DNA of 64,000 nucleotides, from NCBI RefSeq assembly GCF_009914755.1, contig NC_060932.1; one strand, written 5' to 3'. This DNA is from the human T2T-CHM13v2.0 reference genome, Homo sapiens. Both the position numbers and the translations under genes were made by a program. Of this stretch, positions 16,901 to 30,828 are shown one piece after another; the first letter of the stretch is position 1, and the number at the start of each line of letters is the position of its first letter. A model generated the notes under the pieces. That model had not been told where the DNA came from. It saw only the letters and a program-made list of their open reading frames with translations, and did no database searches.

Positions 16901-19157
16901 ATATGCATAGCACTAAAACCTAATAAATGCTTAAGTTTAATTTTTTCTATCTAATTTAATTTGAAAAAAACCCTGATAATCTAAAAAAGTATGAGTACAT
17001 TTTGGAACATTATTGCATTATTTATATTTTAGGAATCTTTTGGTACAATAATAATGCTTGAGGTACGTTCTTAAAAATGTTCTATACATTATAAATTATA
17101 CGGTTCTCCCTCATGTTAACAGTACCCCAAAATAAATATAATAATATTAGTAATAATAACAAAAAACATAAAATATCGCATTCACATACTTCTGATTTAA
17201 TTTTCTAAATGGCAAAGGGTAGATGTTTTTCTCACTCAGAGGATAAAATTATGTTTATCAAGGAACAACAAAGTTCTATTCTAAGCTTCTGCTATATGCA
17301 AAGTGCCAGCCTTGGTCCTGGTGCAAAATACAAGAAGAGCTAGTAGAGGAGTAAAAGAAAAAGATATTTATGAACTTTAAGGAACTCTAAGTGCCACAGA
17401 GTAATATAGAAAAGGAGCCACAAGAATTTGGATGAGGAATACATTGGTTCTAGTTAAAGGAAGTATATTCTCCTTTAAGGAAAAGGAAAAATAAATGAGT
17501 TCTATACATTTGTGTAGGAGATGAAGCAGGGAGAAGAGAGAATTTGTTAAATATCAGGGATCATGTTCCTTAATTATTATGATTTATTGCACTAGGAATG
17601 TGGCTGTCAAAGTAGAAGGGTAAGGAAGGGAAAACGAGGCTGTGACAGAAATCGACTCCGGCTGTAGAAATCTCACATAAGTTCTGTAGTATTAAAACAG
17701 TTATAGAAAAGTGACGTAGGCCGGGCGAAACAAGCTCTGTCTAAAAAACAGCTGCATTTAACCACAGATAAGAAGGCCCTTTTCTACACAGTGATAGAAA
17801 TCACTTTATCTACTTGGAGAATCCAAATAAAATCTGGAGTTTCAAGTGCACACAAGAGTGTGAAATTCCCTAAAGCAACTTCAAAACTGAAGGAAAAATG
17901 AACAGTTACCATTTAAAAACACTTCCCAAGAGTAACTAATAGTGCTGAGTAAATCTTTGCTAGTTTATGGCTTGATATGTGTAATTTAACCTTCTATGAA
18001 AGTAGAAGTCTCTCCCCAAATTACCCAGAGAAACAAAATACTCACTGGGCCATGTAACGATATATAAGCTATCTACAAAAACAAATGAACGTAAATTATA
18101 TTCCGAGGGACTCAATTCCTTGCCACTATTTTTGGATTTCATTAAAATAGAGAAAAAGTGGGGAAGCTTGCAAAAATCTGATCTGCAAAATTATCACTCA
18201 CAGAAAAGTAATTTTTTAAAAGCAAAATAATTTATTATTTCTAAGGGGTACCATCCATCCTGATATTTGCCGTAACATTTTCACTGTAAATAATTTCAAA
18301 AGAATTCATTTCTAAATATCAGACATACAATTTTCCTCAATTTTTGTAATGTGTCTTTAAAAATGTTTCAGGTTTTTAGTTAACATTAAAAAATTAACTC
18401 TCATTTAAAAAAAAACCAACTTTATGGTACAGAGTGCATTGGTTTTCAATGTCTATTACGTAAATCATTACAAAACTCTGCAATTACCAAAGCCATAAAG
18501 GATTACATTTCAGTCTATCTTCAGCAAGAATACAAAGTAGATAATGAAGCTGCCAGCTGTATATTTTATATATTACCTTACATTTATGGCAACTGCATAT
18601 TAATATAGAATATTCCTCTCTGTTTTAATCTATTTTCTTTCAATATTCCACAACTAAAACTTAGCCAGTACAAATAATAATAAAAGAGCAGAGCTGTTAC
18701 ATAGATGTAAAAAAATCATTAACAGCAATTTCTCAGCTTTAATGGAAAAAGTGTTGGTATCTAGCAAACAAATCTTCTTCTGCCAAATAAGAAATCAAAA
18801 ACACAAATGTCTTAACAAAGATGGGTAAATAGGACACTCATATTTCCAGTTTCCATTATCATACCCAGAAAAGAGCATATGCTGTAATTTTAATCACCGA
18901 CAAAACTGCAGTTTCATGTAACAAATAACTTGCTGTGTCTGACATTTAAGAGAAAAGGCTTACTTAAGATCCATGCTTCACCAGTTCTATGAATGTGTCA
19001 CAACTGCCAATAACAGATATAGTAGCATTTCATTTACAGTGAAAAGATGCCAGTTAAAATAAAGCCATGTAGGTATACGTGCTTATATATATATATGCCA
19101 CATTCACAAAATTTTGAAGCATTGCAATTAAAGAGGATTGTATTTAAAATAACTTAC

Positions 19158-19233
19158 CTTTCGCCCATCACTTGCATGGCAATTCACATTTAGAGGAGTC
19201 AGTAAAGCCATTAGTTTTTCTTCATTACCACTC
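19158..19233 (-). CDS. TNKS: Tankyrase-1 internal coding exon, 76 nt (probably exon 5)
   Basis: tttatag|G AGT GGT AAT ... GGG CGA AAG|gtaagt gives [25 protein letters not shown], also seen within ORF 19128..19379. Phase joins the 37-nt exon (AG|G = Arg) across a 737-nt intron. KLMALL is the TNKS form (TNKS2 KMMALL). Confidence 0.97.
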
Positions 19234-19970
19234 CTATAAAAAGGTAGTAAGTCAATTCCTCTAAAATTACAAAGCTTCTTATGAATATTTATGCATAATT
19301 TTTTCACACGAGAGTAAAATATGGGTTTGCTTTGATTTCTTTTACATGGATCACAATAAATCTCTTTTGCAATATTCAATTCAATTAATATATTTCTAAT
19401 TAATTCCTGTTAATTACCCTATAGTGGTATATCTTAAATAACATAGCTTTCTACATTTTTGTTTTATTTATCTACATAAAGTCATCTTCTTAATTACAAA
19501 CAAACTTTATTCTGATAAATAGACTAAAACGTTGGAGTTAAAAATACATACAAAATGCTGTAAAGAGCTAATCAATTAAATTATAAACGACCAAGAACAC
19601 AAAAAAAATAGATGAGGATTTTAACATTTACTTTTTGCTCTTCATTCAAGCTTTGCTAGAAAAATCTTCAGATGAAAATGAAGATATAGGTATTTAAATA
19701 CTCCAAGAATATCGCTGGAAAAGCTGGGCAACTAGGGTTTACAGGTACCTTAGGAAATGTTCCAAATAAAATTAACCTTATAATCATCACCACATGAAAA
19801 GATTTTATTATATACAATAATGATATAAAGTATATAAAGATTTAGTATCTGCATAATTGCATAAAATCCAAGCAAGACAATAACGTTATATTTTTTATAG
19901 TCCTCCACCTGCCCTCCTCCTTCTCTTCCTTAATGCATTATATACACTTAAAATGAATGGAATCACTTAC

Positions 19971-20007
19971 CTAGCAGCTTCTAGGAGTTCGTCTTTCTTG
20001 TATTCAC
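19971..20007 (-). CDS. TNKS: Tankyrase-1 internal coding exon, 37 nt (ankyrin repeat region; probably exon 4)
   Basis: Minus strand reads catctag|GTGAATACAAGAAAGACGAACTCCTAGAAGCTGCTAG|gtaagt, giving (G)EYKKDELLEAA(R) with canonical AG/GT. LEAAR matches TNKS rather than TNKS2 (LESAR) as I recall the proteins. Exon number is from memory. Confidence 0.96.
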
Positions 20008-23000
20008 CTAGATGATTGCAAAATATCATGCTGTTAGCATTTGGCAGAAGACAGATTAAGAAATGCAGTAGGCAGCAAATAGAGAATTAAATAGAGAAGA
20101 ACAGAAAAAGAGAGTCCACACCCCGCTGGGTGATGGAGCCGTGACGTTAGCCAGCTTGTGAAGGCAGCATCACCAGTGCCTTGGAGACGGGCAGCAAATT
20201 GACGCAGCTTCTTGTCCAATCCTCAGATGAAATAGCTTTCTTCAGACAACCAATGAATGCTAAATCTCGTGTCCAGAAACACATTCCCTCTGATAACAGC
20301 ATGCCAGCTGAAGACAATGTCCCCTCCCCCCTTTTCTCTATTCAGGCTGTCACAGTATACTTGGGAAGCATAATACATTCTGAGACAAAAGCAAAATAAT
20401 GTGGCTCTTTAAAGGTACAAATTACTAGTCTTCTAAAAACTGAAGTTTTATTGGTAATGACATGGAAAGTTAAAAAAAAAACATTAATTACTATTGTTGA
20501 GCTTTATAGCAGTAGAAAATGCAAATATCAGAACCACGAAGGCTTTGACTCGATAGGCAAGGTCTGTAGACTAGAAATACGTGAACTACGTACCAAATGC
20601 CATGAACCTCTTGGAGGCGGTGCTCCAAAAACCAAAACAGTGAATACATTCTTAAATGGCAATAATATTCTGACATGCTGTAATCTTAATACTTCATATA
20701 AATTCAATACCAATTTTAACATATAATAAATCTTAAAATATTTTTTAAAAGGAGCTTGGGGTCTTTGAGAATGAGCAGATATCTAACTACTGCGACATGG
20801 GTAATTTTCCCCCATTCTATTTTATCACAAGATTTTAAAAATATATCAAATGATGAAAATAGAAATATAATTAAAAACCATCCATAATACATTTCTTAGG
20901 GTATTCAAGATCTAACAAACAAATTTCTTTTGCAAGCTCAATTGAAGGACAAGGAATGTTAATAATACAGTGTTTGTTCCTTCAGTAAATAAAAAGAACA
21001 GCCAGGACTATGATTCAGCTGTAATACACTGACTTAGTTTGCTACATCACTAAAGAAATAATTATACAAAGTATCTCAACAAATAATTACATGAAAGCAA
21101 ATACTAAGTGCTCATATAATAAAACATTAGACTAAATGAAAATGTTATTCTATTATGAAATAATATTAAGTAACTTTTAAAAAATCTTATGTGTAAATAT
21201 GGACTTCGCATGTTGTTTTGCTAAAGAATGCAGAATATTGATGCAAATATTACAAAGACATCTCAAGGCTACCAAATACATACTTAAATGCTATAACCCA
21301 TTATTAGCAAATATTCTTTAGCTTTAATTTTGTCTTGCCTCCTGGATTAAGATTAGGTTAAAATCTGAAAACTATAACCAGGTATTTTCAAAGTAAAAAG
21401 TTGTTAAATACCTATTTTCTCTTAAAAGAACTTTGTATACCAATAAAGTTATAAGTTTAAGAATATAAGCTAGAATATATGATTTCATGGTCATAGAGTT
21501 GGTCTTTCTAATTTCCCATAAATTGTATTTCAGATTTTTTAGCCAACTGACAGAGTAAAGGTCATTTCATTATATCCTCCATCTATTTAAGTTCCTGCCT
21601 TCCCAAAGCCCAAGACCTACCTTTGTTAAACATTTTAGGTAGCAATATGGAAGTTAGAGAGTCAACTTTAAAAGCTCCTTGTGAGGAAAATGGCATAACC
21701 CATGCCCCCAAATGTCTACAGAACCAGGATCAAAGTAAATCAAATTACGCAATGTATCTATAAAATGTATTAATTTCGTAGAGTCACATTTCTTCAATAG
21801 GCCTGTATGCCAGATTTTAACGCGAAAGACACTATCATCTCTGACCTCAAGGAATATTATTCTATTAAAGGAGACAGACAAATAAATAAATGATTACAGT
21901 AAAGAAATTGTATGAAATGTTAGAGAGCTTACCAGCCAGTGTAAATGGGATTAATGATTGGAAGGGTAGTTGGGGGTCAAGGAAGCCTTCCTGGAAGAGG
22001 GGAAACTTGAGCAGTTTTGAAGGAAGGACAAGTAATCCTCAGGTGAAGCAGGGTCAGGGAGAAGGAAGCTACCACAGTGAAAGAAAGGAGAAGGGGAATG
22101 GTTGTAAGTAGCTCTGTGTATCTGAAGCAAAGGACACTCACAGGGGAATGGGTATGGACGAGACAGAGAAGAAATGGAAACATCATGAATGTCTCTCTAA
22201 GCTAAGAAGTTTGAACTTTACTTTGAAAGTAATGAGAAAATACTGCAATATTTTAACAAGGGTAGTGCAAAGTATACTTAAAAAGCTGCAAGTTTTGTGA
22301 TTACATAAAATACTTCCATACTGTACTTCAGCAAACTTTTGTTGGAGAGGAAGGTGGGCAAAAAAAAAAGTAAATTCTGACAGTCTACATTTTAAAGTAT
22401 AAATTCCCTGACAGACAGTAAAAACACATTAAAACTGTGAACTTAAAAGTAGCTACTATTGAAATTTAAGTCATAGTGAAACATGACTCCAATAAGAGTG
22501 GTAATAAAACCGCAAAGTATTTAGGAACCTCAAAGTTCAAATCAGTCTCTCCCTACCTGAACTTCTCATCAAGCATAGTTTATTGATGTTTTCACCAAAA
22601 GGCACATTTTTGCAAAAATGCTATTCCTTCCCGGATAAGCTGATAATAAACCAAAGCTTTCAAAAGGAAATATATTAAGTGCATCCAACAGAGTCAGACA
22701 CAGGTATTACAAATGACTTTCTACTCTTCCTGCTAGAGATCCTAGTACTTTAATCAGCTTTTCTGCAATACATTCTAGCATCCACTATCTGGTGCCCAAG
22801 GACCACAATCCATAAACAGCTGAAGCGATTTTTCAAACGCTAGCTCCCAGGAACAGCTAACATAATGAATTTAGAGCCCCTCACACTCTGATAACAAATC
22901 TGAGCTACTTACTTAACAGCCAAAGCACCAGTTCTCTTTCATCTTAGCTGAGAATCTGAAAATATTCTGGCTGAGACTATGGTGCTCTATGGAGCATTTA

Positions 23001-23230
23001 TATTCTTTAATAACATCCAGATAAAGACTAGTAATAGATCAGCCAGAAAGGAAACTAGGCAATTATAGTCAAGATAATAGCAACCAGGAATGAAGAAAAT
23101 AGATGGCTTAAAACATTTTCTATTAAAATAAAAGTAAATGGAATTTTTGAAAGTAAGCCAAAAAGTTTACTTTCCAAAATCTAAATTGTTTTTACTGGTA
23201 AAATAGTAATGATATGAAAGAAGCAAAGAT

Positions 23231-23243
23231 ACATACACACACA

Positions 23244-23290
<47 letters not shown>

Positions 23291-23295
23291 GGAGA
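23231..23295. repeat. (CA)n(GA)n microsatellite
   Basis: Direct reading. Confidence 0.95.
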
Positions 23296-23638
23296 AATAC
23301 GAGGCTTATGTGTTAAAGAGCTATGTTATTAAAACAAAGCTGAAAAATAAAGCTCTTTTTATTTTTCTGGAGTAGTCAGAAACAGCTTCTCTTTCACTTA
23401 GTGTAAAGGCAAAATTACTTTTTGAGTAAAAATGAAGAAAACTTAAATCACTAAGGAGAAGTCATGATTACTGACTTATCTCAATTTTAACATTGTAAGT
23501 GCTTTTGCCCCTTCAGAAACTGACAGGATGAAGGTAGACTTAGTTTTGTAAAAATAAGTCATTTGGTTTTGTTGAGATGGAATAGCATGGAAAGACTATG
23601 AACATAGAACCACAAATTCTTAAAGCAATGAGAGGCTA

Positions 23639-23973
<335 letters not shown>

Positions 23974-26221
23974 TCAACCATTATGCATGGTATCCAAACC
24001 TATCAGTAACACTTTGCATTATATAAAAGTAGAGGAATGTCATTTGAAAGTCACCCTTTCTCCGTGTCACCTCACCCCCAATTTCAGAACCACTCTCCTA
24101 AGGGATCATCTGAAATTGGTGTCAAGGCAGTTAAACAGATTGTCTTAGGTTTCACTAAGTATTATCCATTATCTGTCAGGCCCTGCACTAGGCTAAAATG
24201 TGAGCACAAACTAACAAATCTGAGTTCTGGAAAAAGACATGTAAGCAAAAGGAGAGAGTAACAAATAGTAATAACAATCAAACAACTTAAAAAATAATGA
24301 CAATTATTAGCTTTAACTAGGTTAATCACATCAATATAACAAGCAAAAAATGTTCATCAAAACTACTTTAAAGCATTTAAATTTACAGATGAGCTTGCAA
24401 GCAAAGGCTATTGGGCCAAGGGAATTTCAGGAATAAAGAAAATTCACTGAGGTCTATTCCAATGATGAATCCATTTTGCATTTTCCATAGCATACCTTAA
24501 TTTCTGAACTTATCAAGCATCTCAAGGGAAGAAGTATGTAAAGACTTCAGTCTAGAATCTCAATTCTCAGGTTAATGTGGGGACTCTTATATTCCAGAGT
24601 GCTAAGTAGTACCATGAATTGATAACACTGATATAGATGTTTTCTCATCAAGGTACCAGCAAATTAAGAGATGAATTGATTCTTGTAGCTAAACTGACAA
24701 CCTATATGAAGAATAAAATATTAATTTAGGTTATATATTCCATCATGTTTTCACTAGTAGATTTGAAAATTAAAAACCAGCTATGTGGCTGTGGAAGGAA
24801 TTCAGCTAAAGCACCAGGAAGTAATCTAATCTCAAGAATTAGAGTTAGGTCTTCCTCTCAAAGCAATATTCAGACAGACTGATACTCTGCTATACTTAAA
24901 CATGGGCTCCAGACACACCTGTATTATTTTGCTCCAGGATCTTTCAAAAATATATTCAGAACAACTGGGGTAAATTACAAAGTTATCACAGCTCTCAATG
25001 CCTTCTTTGTACTTTTTAATCCCATCAGATATTTCTACTCATTATGATACTGGCTTCAAAGTCCATACCACCAATTAAGTCTAGAATCATGGCCAATCTA
25101 AACACTGAACATCCATTCTAAACACAGTTGTTTGTTGTCCTTAAATTCTAAGTTTGAACAGAGTATTTTCCTGGTAGAGACCCTTTCCTTGTCTCCTGGA
25201 ACCTTGACCTTTTAAACTAGCTAACATCACTCTGCTTAGTACCAACATAATCTCTACATTGTCCAATATTTTAGCCACTCCCCTCAACACTTACAATTAA
25301 ATTATATAAAAATAAAAATTCTGTTCATCAGTCACACCAGCCATATTTCAGGTATTCAGTAGGCACAGGTAACTAGCTAGTACCTCTATACTGAACATTG
25401 CAGAGAGACCATTCACCAGAAGAGCTGAAACTTCTATTGGACCACGAAACTTTGCAGTGTTTTTAATGAGCATATAAGAAGTTACCTTTTACCCTAATAA
25501 CCATTTTCCATATTCTTTACTCTTAAAATTATCACTACCAAAACATAAGCTTTTTTTTTCCTTACTGAACACCAAACAACTACTTCATTACCATGAAACA
25601 TGTGAAATAAAAAATGCTGGACTGAATAACAGATCTAGAATGAGTTCTAGCTCTGCCACTAGTTTACTTGTGTGACCTTGGGTAAACCACTTCATGCTTC
25701 ACAGAACCTTCATTTTACTGTCATCTGGAAAATGAACAGGTTAAACGATTTCTAAAGTTTCAACTCTTAAACTTCCATCCTGTATTTGATTCTTAGTATT
25801 GGTAAGCAGTTTTTCTAAGATGGTTTTAATGTTGCTTTAAACAGACTTAAAACAAAACAAAGTTATTTGAGAAAAAACACTCTACTAAATTGTTATAAAA
25901 AGTAGTACCTGAAAATTGTAGAGTAAGCAGTTAAACAATTTTACCCAACCTGTACTATCTACTTGGTTAACAATTCTAAACTTTTGGTAATGTTTTAACT
26001 AGAAGGTAAATAAAAACCAGCTCTTTCAAAAGAAAGTTACTTTTTCAATAATTCTAATCTTTATAGACTTGTTACAACATTTTTTTAAAAGAAAAAAAGC
26101 TCACCAAAGTATGGAACTAGAGACAAACTACGAAGTTATTATTTGAGAAGCTTTCCAATTCTTTAGGAAAACGGAAATGAACCCCCCGACCCCTGCATAG
26201 CAGCTGTGAAAAAAAATTCCA

Positions 26222-26551
<330 letters not shown>

Positions 26552-27238
26552 CTATTATCCTATATTAAAATTTTTATGTCATAATTTTATGTCATAAAAT
26601 TTATATATTATTTTCATGTCTTAAAAATTGTAATATATTAAATGTCAACACAAAAACCTCAATCAATGTCCTAAAACATTTCAAAAACACAATATAACAC
26701 TCATATAATAAAAGCTTTGTAAAAGCTTTATGCAGGAGGCAGTAATATGACCTCTCTTAGTACGAGTAACATCTAAGATACACATCCCATTTCCTGACAC
26801 TTAGCAGGGTTTCCAATCATTTGTACTTGTTTCTGATGTGGTGTCAATTGTAGCCATCAATAGGTGTCTCAATAAATACACATCGGCCAAAAAAAGAGGG
26901 TATTATCAAATACATACATTCTTTAAATTGGATATTAAAAGGTAAAAGAGGTGTTCCTCTAGAAGCTGTTAACCAGTGGGACTTTCTGCAAAGTGTGCCG
27001 GTACTTTAAAAGAAAACAGCCTTTGTGACCACAGTACACATGAAAGAACTTTTTGATATATTAAAAAGAAAACAAAAAAGGAGGAAAGGAAGACGGAAGG
27101 AGGGAGGGAACTCTCTAAGCATGGCAGGTTATGATGCTATGTGTTCAGTCTGGGAGCTCAGGACAACCACTATTATTTAAGCCATCAACTATCTGTGTTA
27201 ATGGCAGCTAGGGGCTGGGGGAAGTGGGATATTAGTTT

Positions 27239-27249
27239 GTTTTTTTTTT

Positions 27250-27290
<41 letters not shown>

Positions 27291-27311
27291 TTTTTTTTTT
27301 TTTTTTTTTTT
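27239..27311. repeat. Compound T-run/(TG)n/T-run microsatellite
   Basis: Direct reading. Confidence 0.95.
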
Positions 27312-27632
27312 ACCATCACAGTGTCTGCTGCATAAAAAGTGATTTAAATCAGGAAAAGTAAATTCCCTATTTGATCCAAAACAACTTGGCAATAGTTTTT
27401 ACATTTTGTTCTATATCACAGGTCCTTTTTCTACAGCCATCAATTCACACTCCCTTGTTTGCAAATCTGAAACCCAAAAAGCTCTAAAAACTCAGATGGC
27501 AGCAAAACTTGACCCATTTAGTGTACACAGCTACACAGCACAGCTGTCATATATTTCACTACAAAAATATCACTGTTACATAGTACAGCCCCAGTCTCCA
27601 CGGGGGGTGTTTTGTAATATATGGTAGATGTA

Positions 27633-28178
27633 CAGTAGCCCCCATTATTCACAGGGGATACATTCCAAGGTCCCCCATTATGTAAGTGGATGCCTAAAAC
27701 TGCGGACGGTACCTACCCTATATATGTTTTTTCCAATAATACATACCCCTTATAAATTTTAATTTATAAACTAGGCATAGTAAGAGATTAAGAATAATCT
27801 CTAATAAAACAGAACAATTGGAACAATATGCCAATATCACTACTCTTGTGCTTCTGGGTCACTATGAGGTAAAGTAAGGATTACTTGCACACAAGTGCTG
27901 CAATAGCAGGACGCTGATCTGATCACTGAGATGGCTACGAAGTGCCTAACGGGCAGAGAGTGTAGACAGCATGGATCTATGGACAAAGGGAAGGTTCACG
28001 CCCTGGGCAGAATACAGCAGGTCTGTGTGAGATTTCATCACCATACTCAGAGCATCATGCCATATAAAACTTATAAATTGTTTATTTCAGGAATTTTCCA
28101 CTTAATATTTTGAGAGGCAGTTGACCACAGGTCACTGAAACCTTGAAAAGTGAAACTGTGGATAAGGGGTGACTACTA
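27633..28178 (-). mobile_element. MER44-type (Tigger family) DNA transposon
   Basis: Inverted termini cagtagcccccattattc ... ggataaggggtgactact, preceded by TA; ~546 bp. Confidence 0.75.
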
Positions 28179-28194
28179 TTAAACTGTGTCTTTT

Positions 28195-28785
28195 CTTATT
28201 CATTTTTCGAAGTATAATTTACATATAGTTAAATTCACCTTTTCAGATGGTTCTGTGGGTTTTGAAAAACTTATACAGCTGTGTGAACACTACACTTCAA
28301 GACAGGAAACATTTCTATCACACCAAAAAGTCAGGCCCCTCTGAAATCAATCGCCTACTCCAATCCCCCTCCCTCCATGGTAACCATGGATATGATTTCT
28401 GTCCCCAGTTTTATTTTACGGAATGCCATGTAAATGGAATCACAGAATATATAAACTTCTGATTCTAGTATCTTTTACTTAGTATAAATGCTTTTAAGTT
28501 TCGTCCATGTTGTTGGACATATCGGTACTTTGATCCTTCTTATTGTTAAGTTATATTCCATTATATGGATGTATCTCAATTTGTTTATCCAATCACCAGC
28601 TGCCAGACATTTGGGTTGTTACCAAATGTCTTTGGGTGATTATGAAGAAAGCTACTGGCAACATTTACAGAGAGTATTTTTGTATGGACAAATAACTTCA
28701 TTTTTCTTGGGTAAATATCTAGCAGTGGGGTTGCTGGGTTATATCATAAGTATCTGTTTAACCTTGTTAAGAAATAGCCAAACCA
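28195..28785 (-). mobile_element. L1M 3' fragment
   Basis: agtataatttacatatagttaaattcacc ... tattccattatatggatg ... tcttgggtaaatatctagcagtggg. Confidence 0.7.
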
Positions 28786-30523
28786 TGTCTTTTTTGAAAT
28801 CTGAAAAATTCTCATGTCACCTATAGAAAAGAAAAGAAAAAAAAGAGAAAAAGTTAACTACTGAGAACTATGATGGCACTGCCACAATTTCACCACTGCA
28901 GATACCAACCTTGCCTCATATAGGGGCAATTCATCTGGCCTGAACTAATTTGCACATCTTTTAACTCTTTCCTTCTCACTTGTTATCTGCATTAAAAACA
29001 AAACAAAACAAAACAAAAAACCAGCATTTTCTATCTTAGGTTCAGGGTAATAGGCATTCCATATATATTTAGAAATGATGGTAAACATTTATTATGGACA
29101 AATTCTACAATAAAGTTCTGGATAACACATAAACTAAAAACTAACCCTGGAAAAACTATTACCATCAGTGTCTTACATCATAGCAAGGCTTTGTATGCAT
29201 GAAGTCTGATGTTTATCACAAGTTAATCCAAGCAGCTTTCTAAAAAGCAAGAGGAACAAGTTAGTTCTGAGTTCTCACCTAACAAAAGCTAACACCACCA
29301 ACTGAAAATTATATATATCTAAAATCTACCCTCTAAGAAGTGGTAACTAGGCAGACAAGTTTATACCAGCACACCCAAAAGAGGAGGAATGACTCCAATT
29401 TCATTAATATAACATTGTTTTAGGTAGAAATGTTGATACTCTATTTTACTAGGTATTTAAAATAAGAAGAAACTACACAATAAAGCTGACATTAGGGATG
29501 GGATTAAATATATTCAGATAAGAAAATTAATATAAACAGCTGATATGTGGCTTCATGCCCTCTACATACAGGCGAATGGTTTCCCAATAAGATAATTTTA
29601 AGATGACCTAAATTTGAACATCTCCACCTTCCATTTCTCCTGCTACTTCGAATAAAAATGTTCTCCTGACTTATATTTAGACAGACTTGAAACAACTTTC
29701 TAATGCAAAATACCACAAACTAACTTTTGAAAAAACCACTAACATGCCTTCTTCATTTCCTCAACTTACAAAGTGTCCTCCATATTTTTCTGAAATCATA
29801 ATAAACATTTTCATACATCTCCTTTTCAACTGAACGAAATGTGGAAAGGAGATCAAGGTAAAATGAAGCAAGTTAAAACCAAAAGCAATCATGACATCAC
29901 AATAGCCCATAGTATTAACTTTATAATAAGAGACGGTTAATTATGTTTAGTAAGTGAATGTTCAACTGCACTGAGTCACTTTTTTTGAAGCTAATATTAC
30001 GCTTAGGAGAAAAAGCAAACTGGTTTTCTAGACATTATATCTCAATAGCCCTTTTTATAGCCTTTTAGATATAATATTTAGCAAAATTGCTTTCCTTGGA
30101 TAATATTTTCTTTAAAACGTCTGAAACTCTTCCTGACCAAATTGCGAACCCTCTTGAAACTGGCTATATAAGAAGTAAAGACTGTTAAATTTTAGCCACT
30201 AGATTACTAAATGAACTACATTATTTAATTAGGTTATTCCAAATTAATGAGCATTTCTCTATATGTGAAGTCTGAATCCGTGGTAATATATCCATTAAGT
30301 CCAAGCTGAATCAATTGTGACTTCTGCTATAACTATGTTCAGAAAGATTATTGGACAAAGTATTAATCTAAATATAAATGTAAATATTTTTACTTTTACC
30401 ACTCATTTACAGATATGTAACATGATATCCCTAGTTACACATTAACCTAACACATTAAAATACAGATTCTGCTACATTATAATCCATACAATGCCTTGTC
30501 CCTACTTTCTTTTTTCCATTCTT

Positions 30524-30828
<305 letters not shown>

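Noticed and set aside
19128-19379. 83-aa ORF as a stand-alone gene
   Set aside because: Only 19158-19233 is exonic; the rest is open intronic frame.
19158-20007. TNKS2 or a processed tankyrase pseudogene
   Set aside because: Residues LEAAR and KLMALL fit TNKS, and canonical introns with compatible phases are present.
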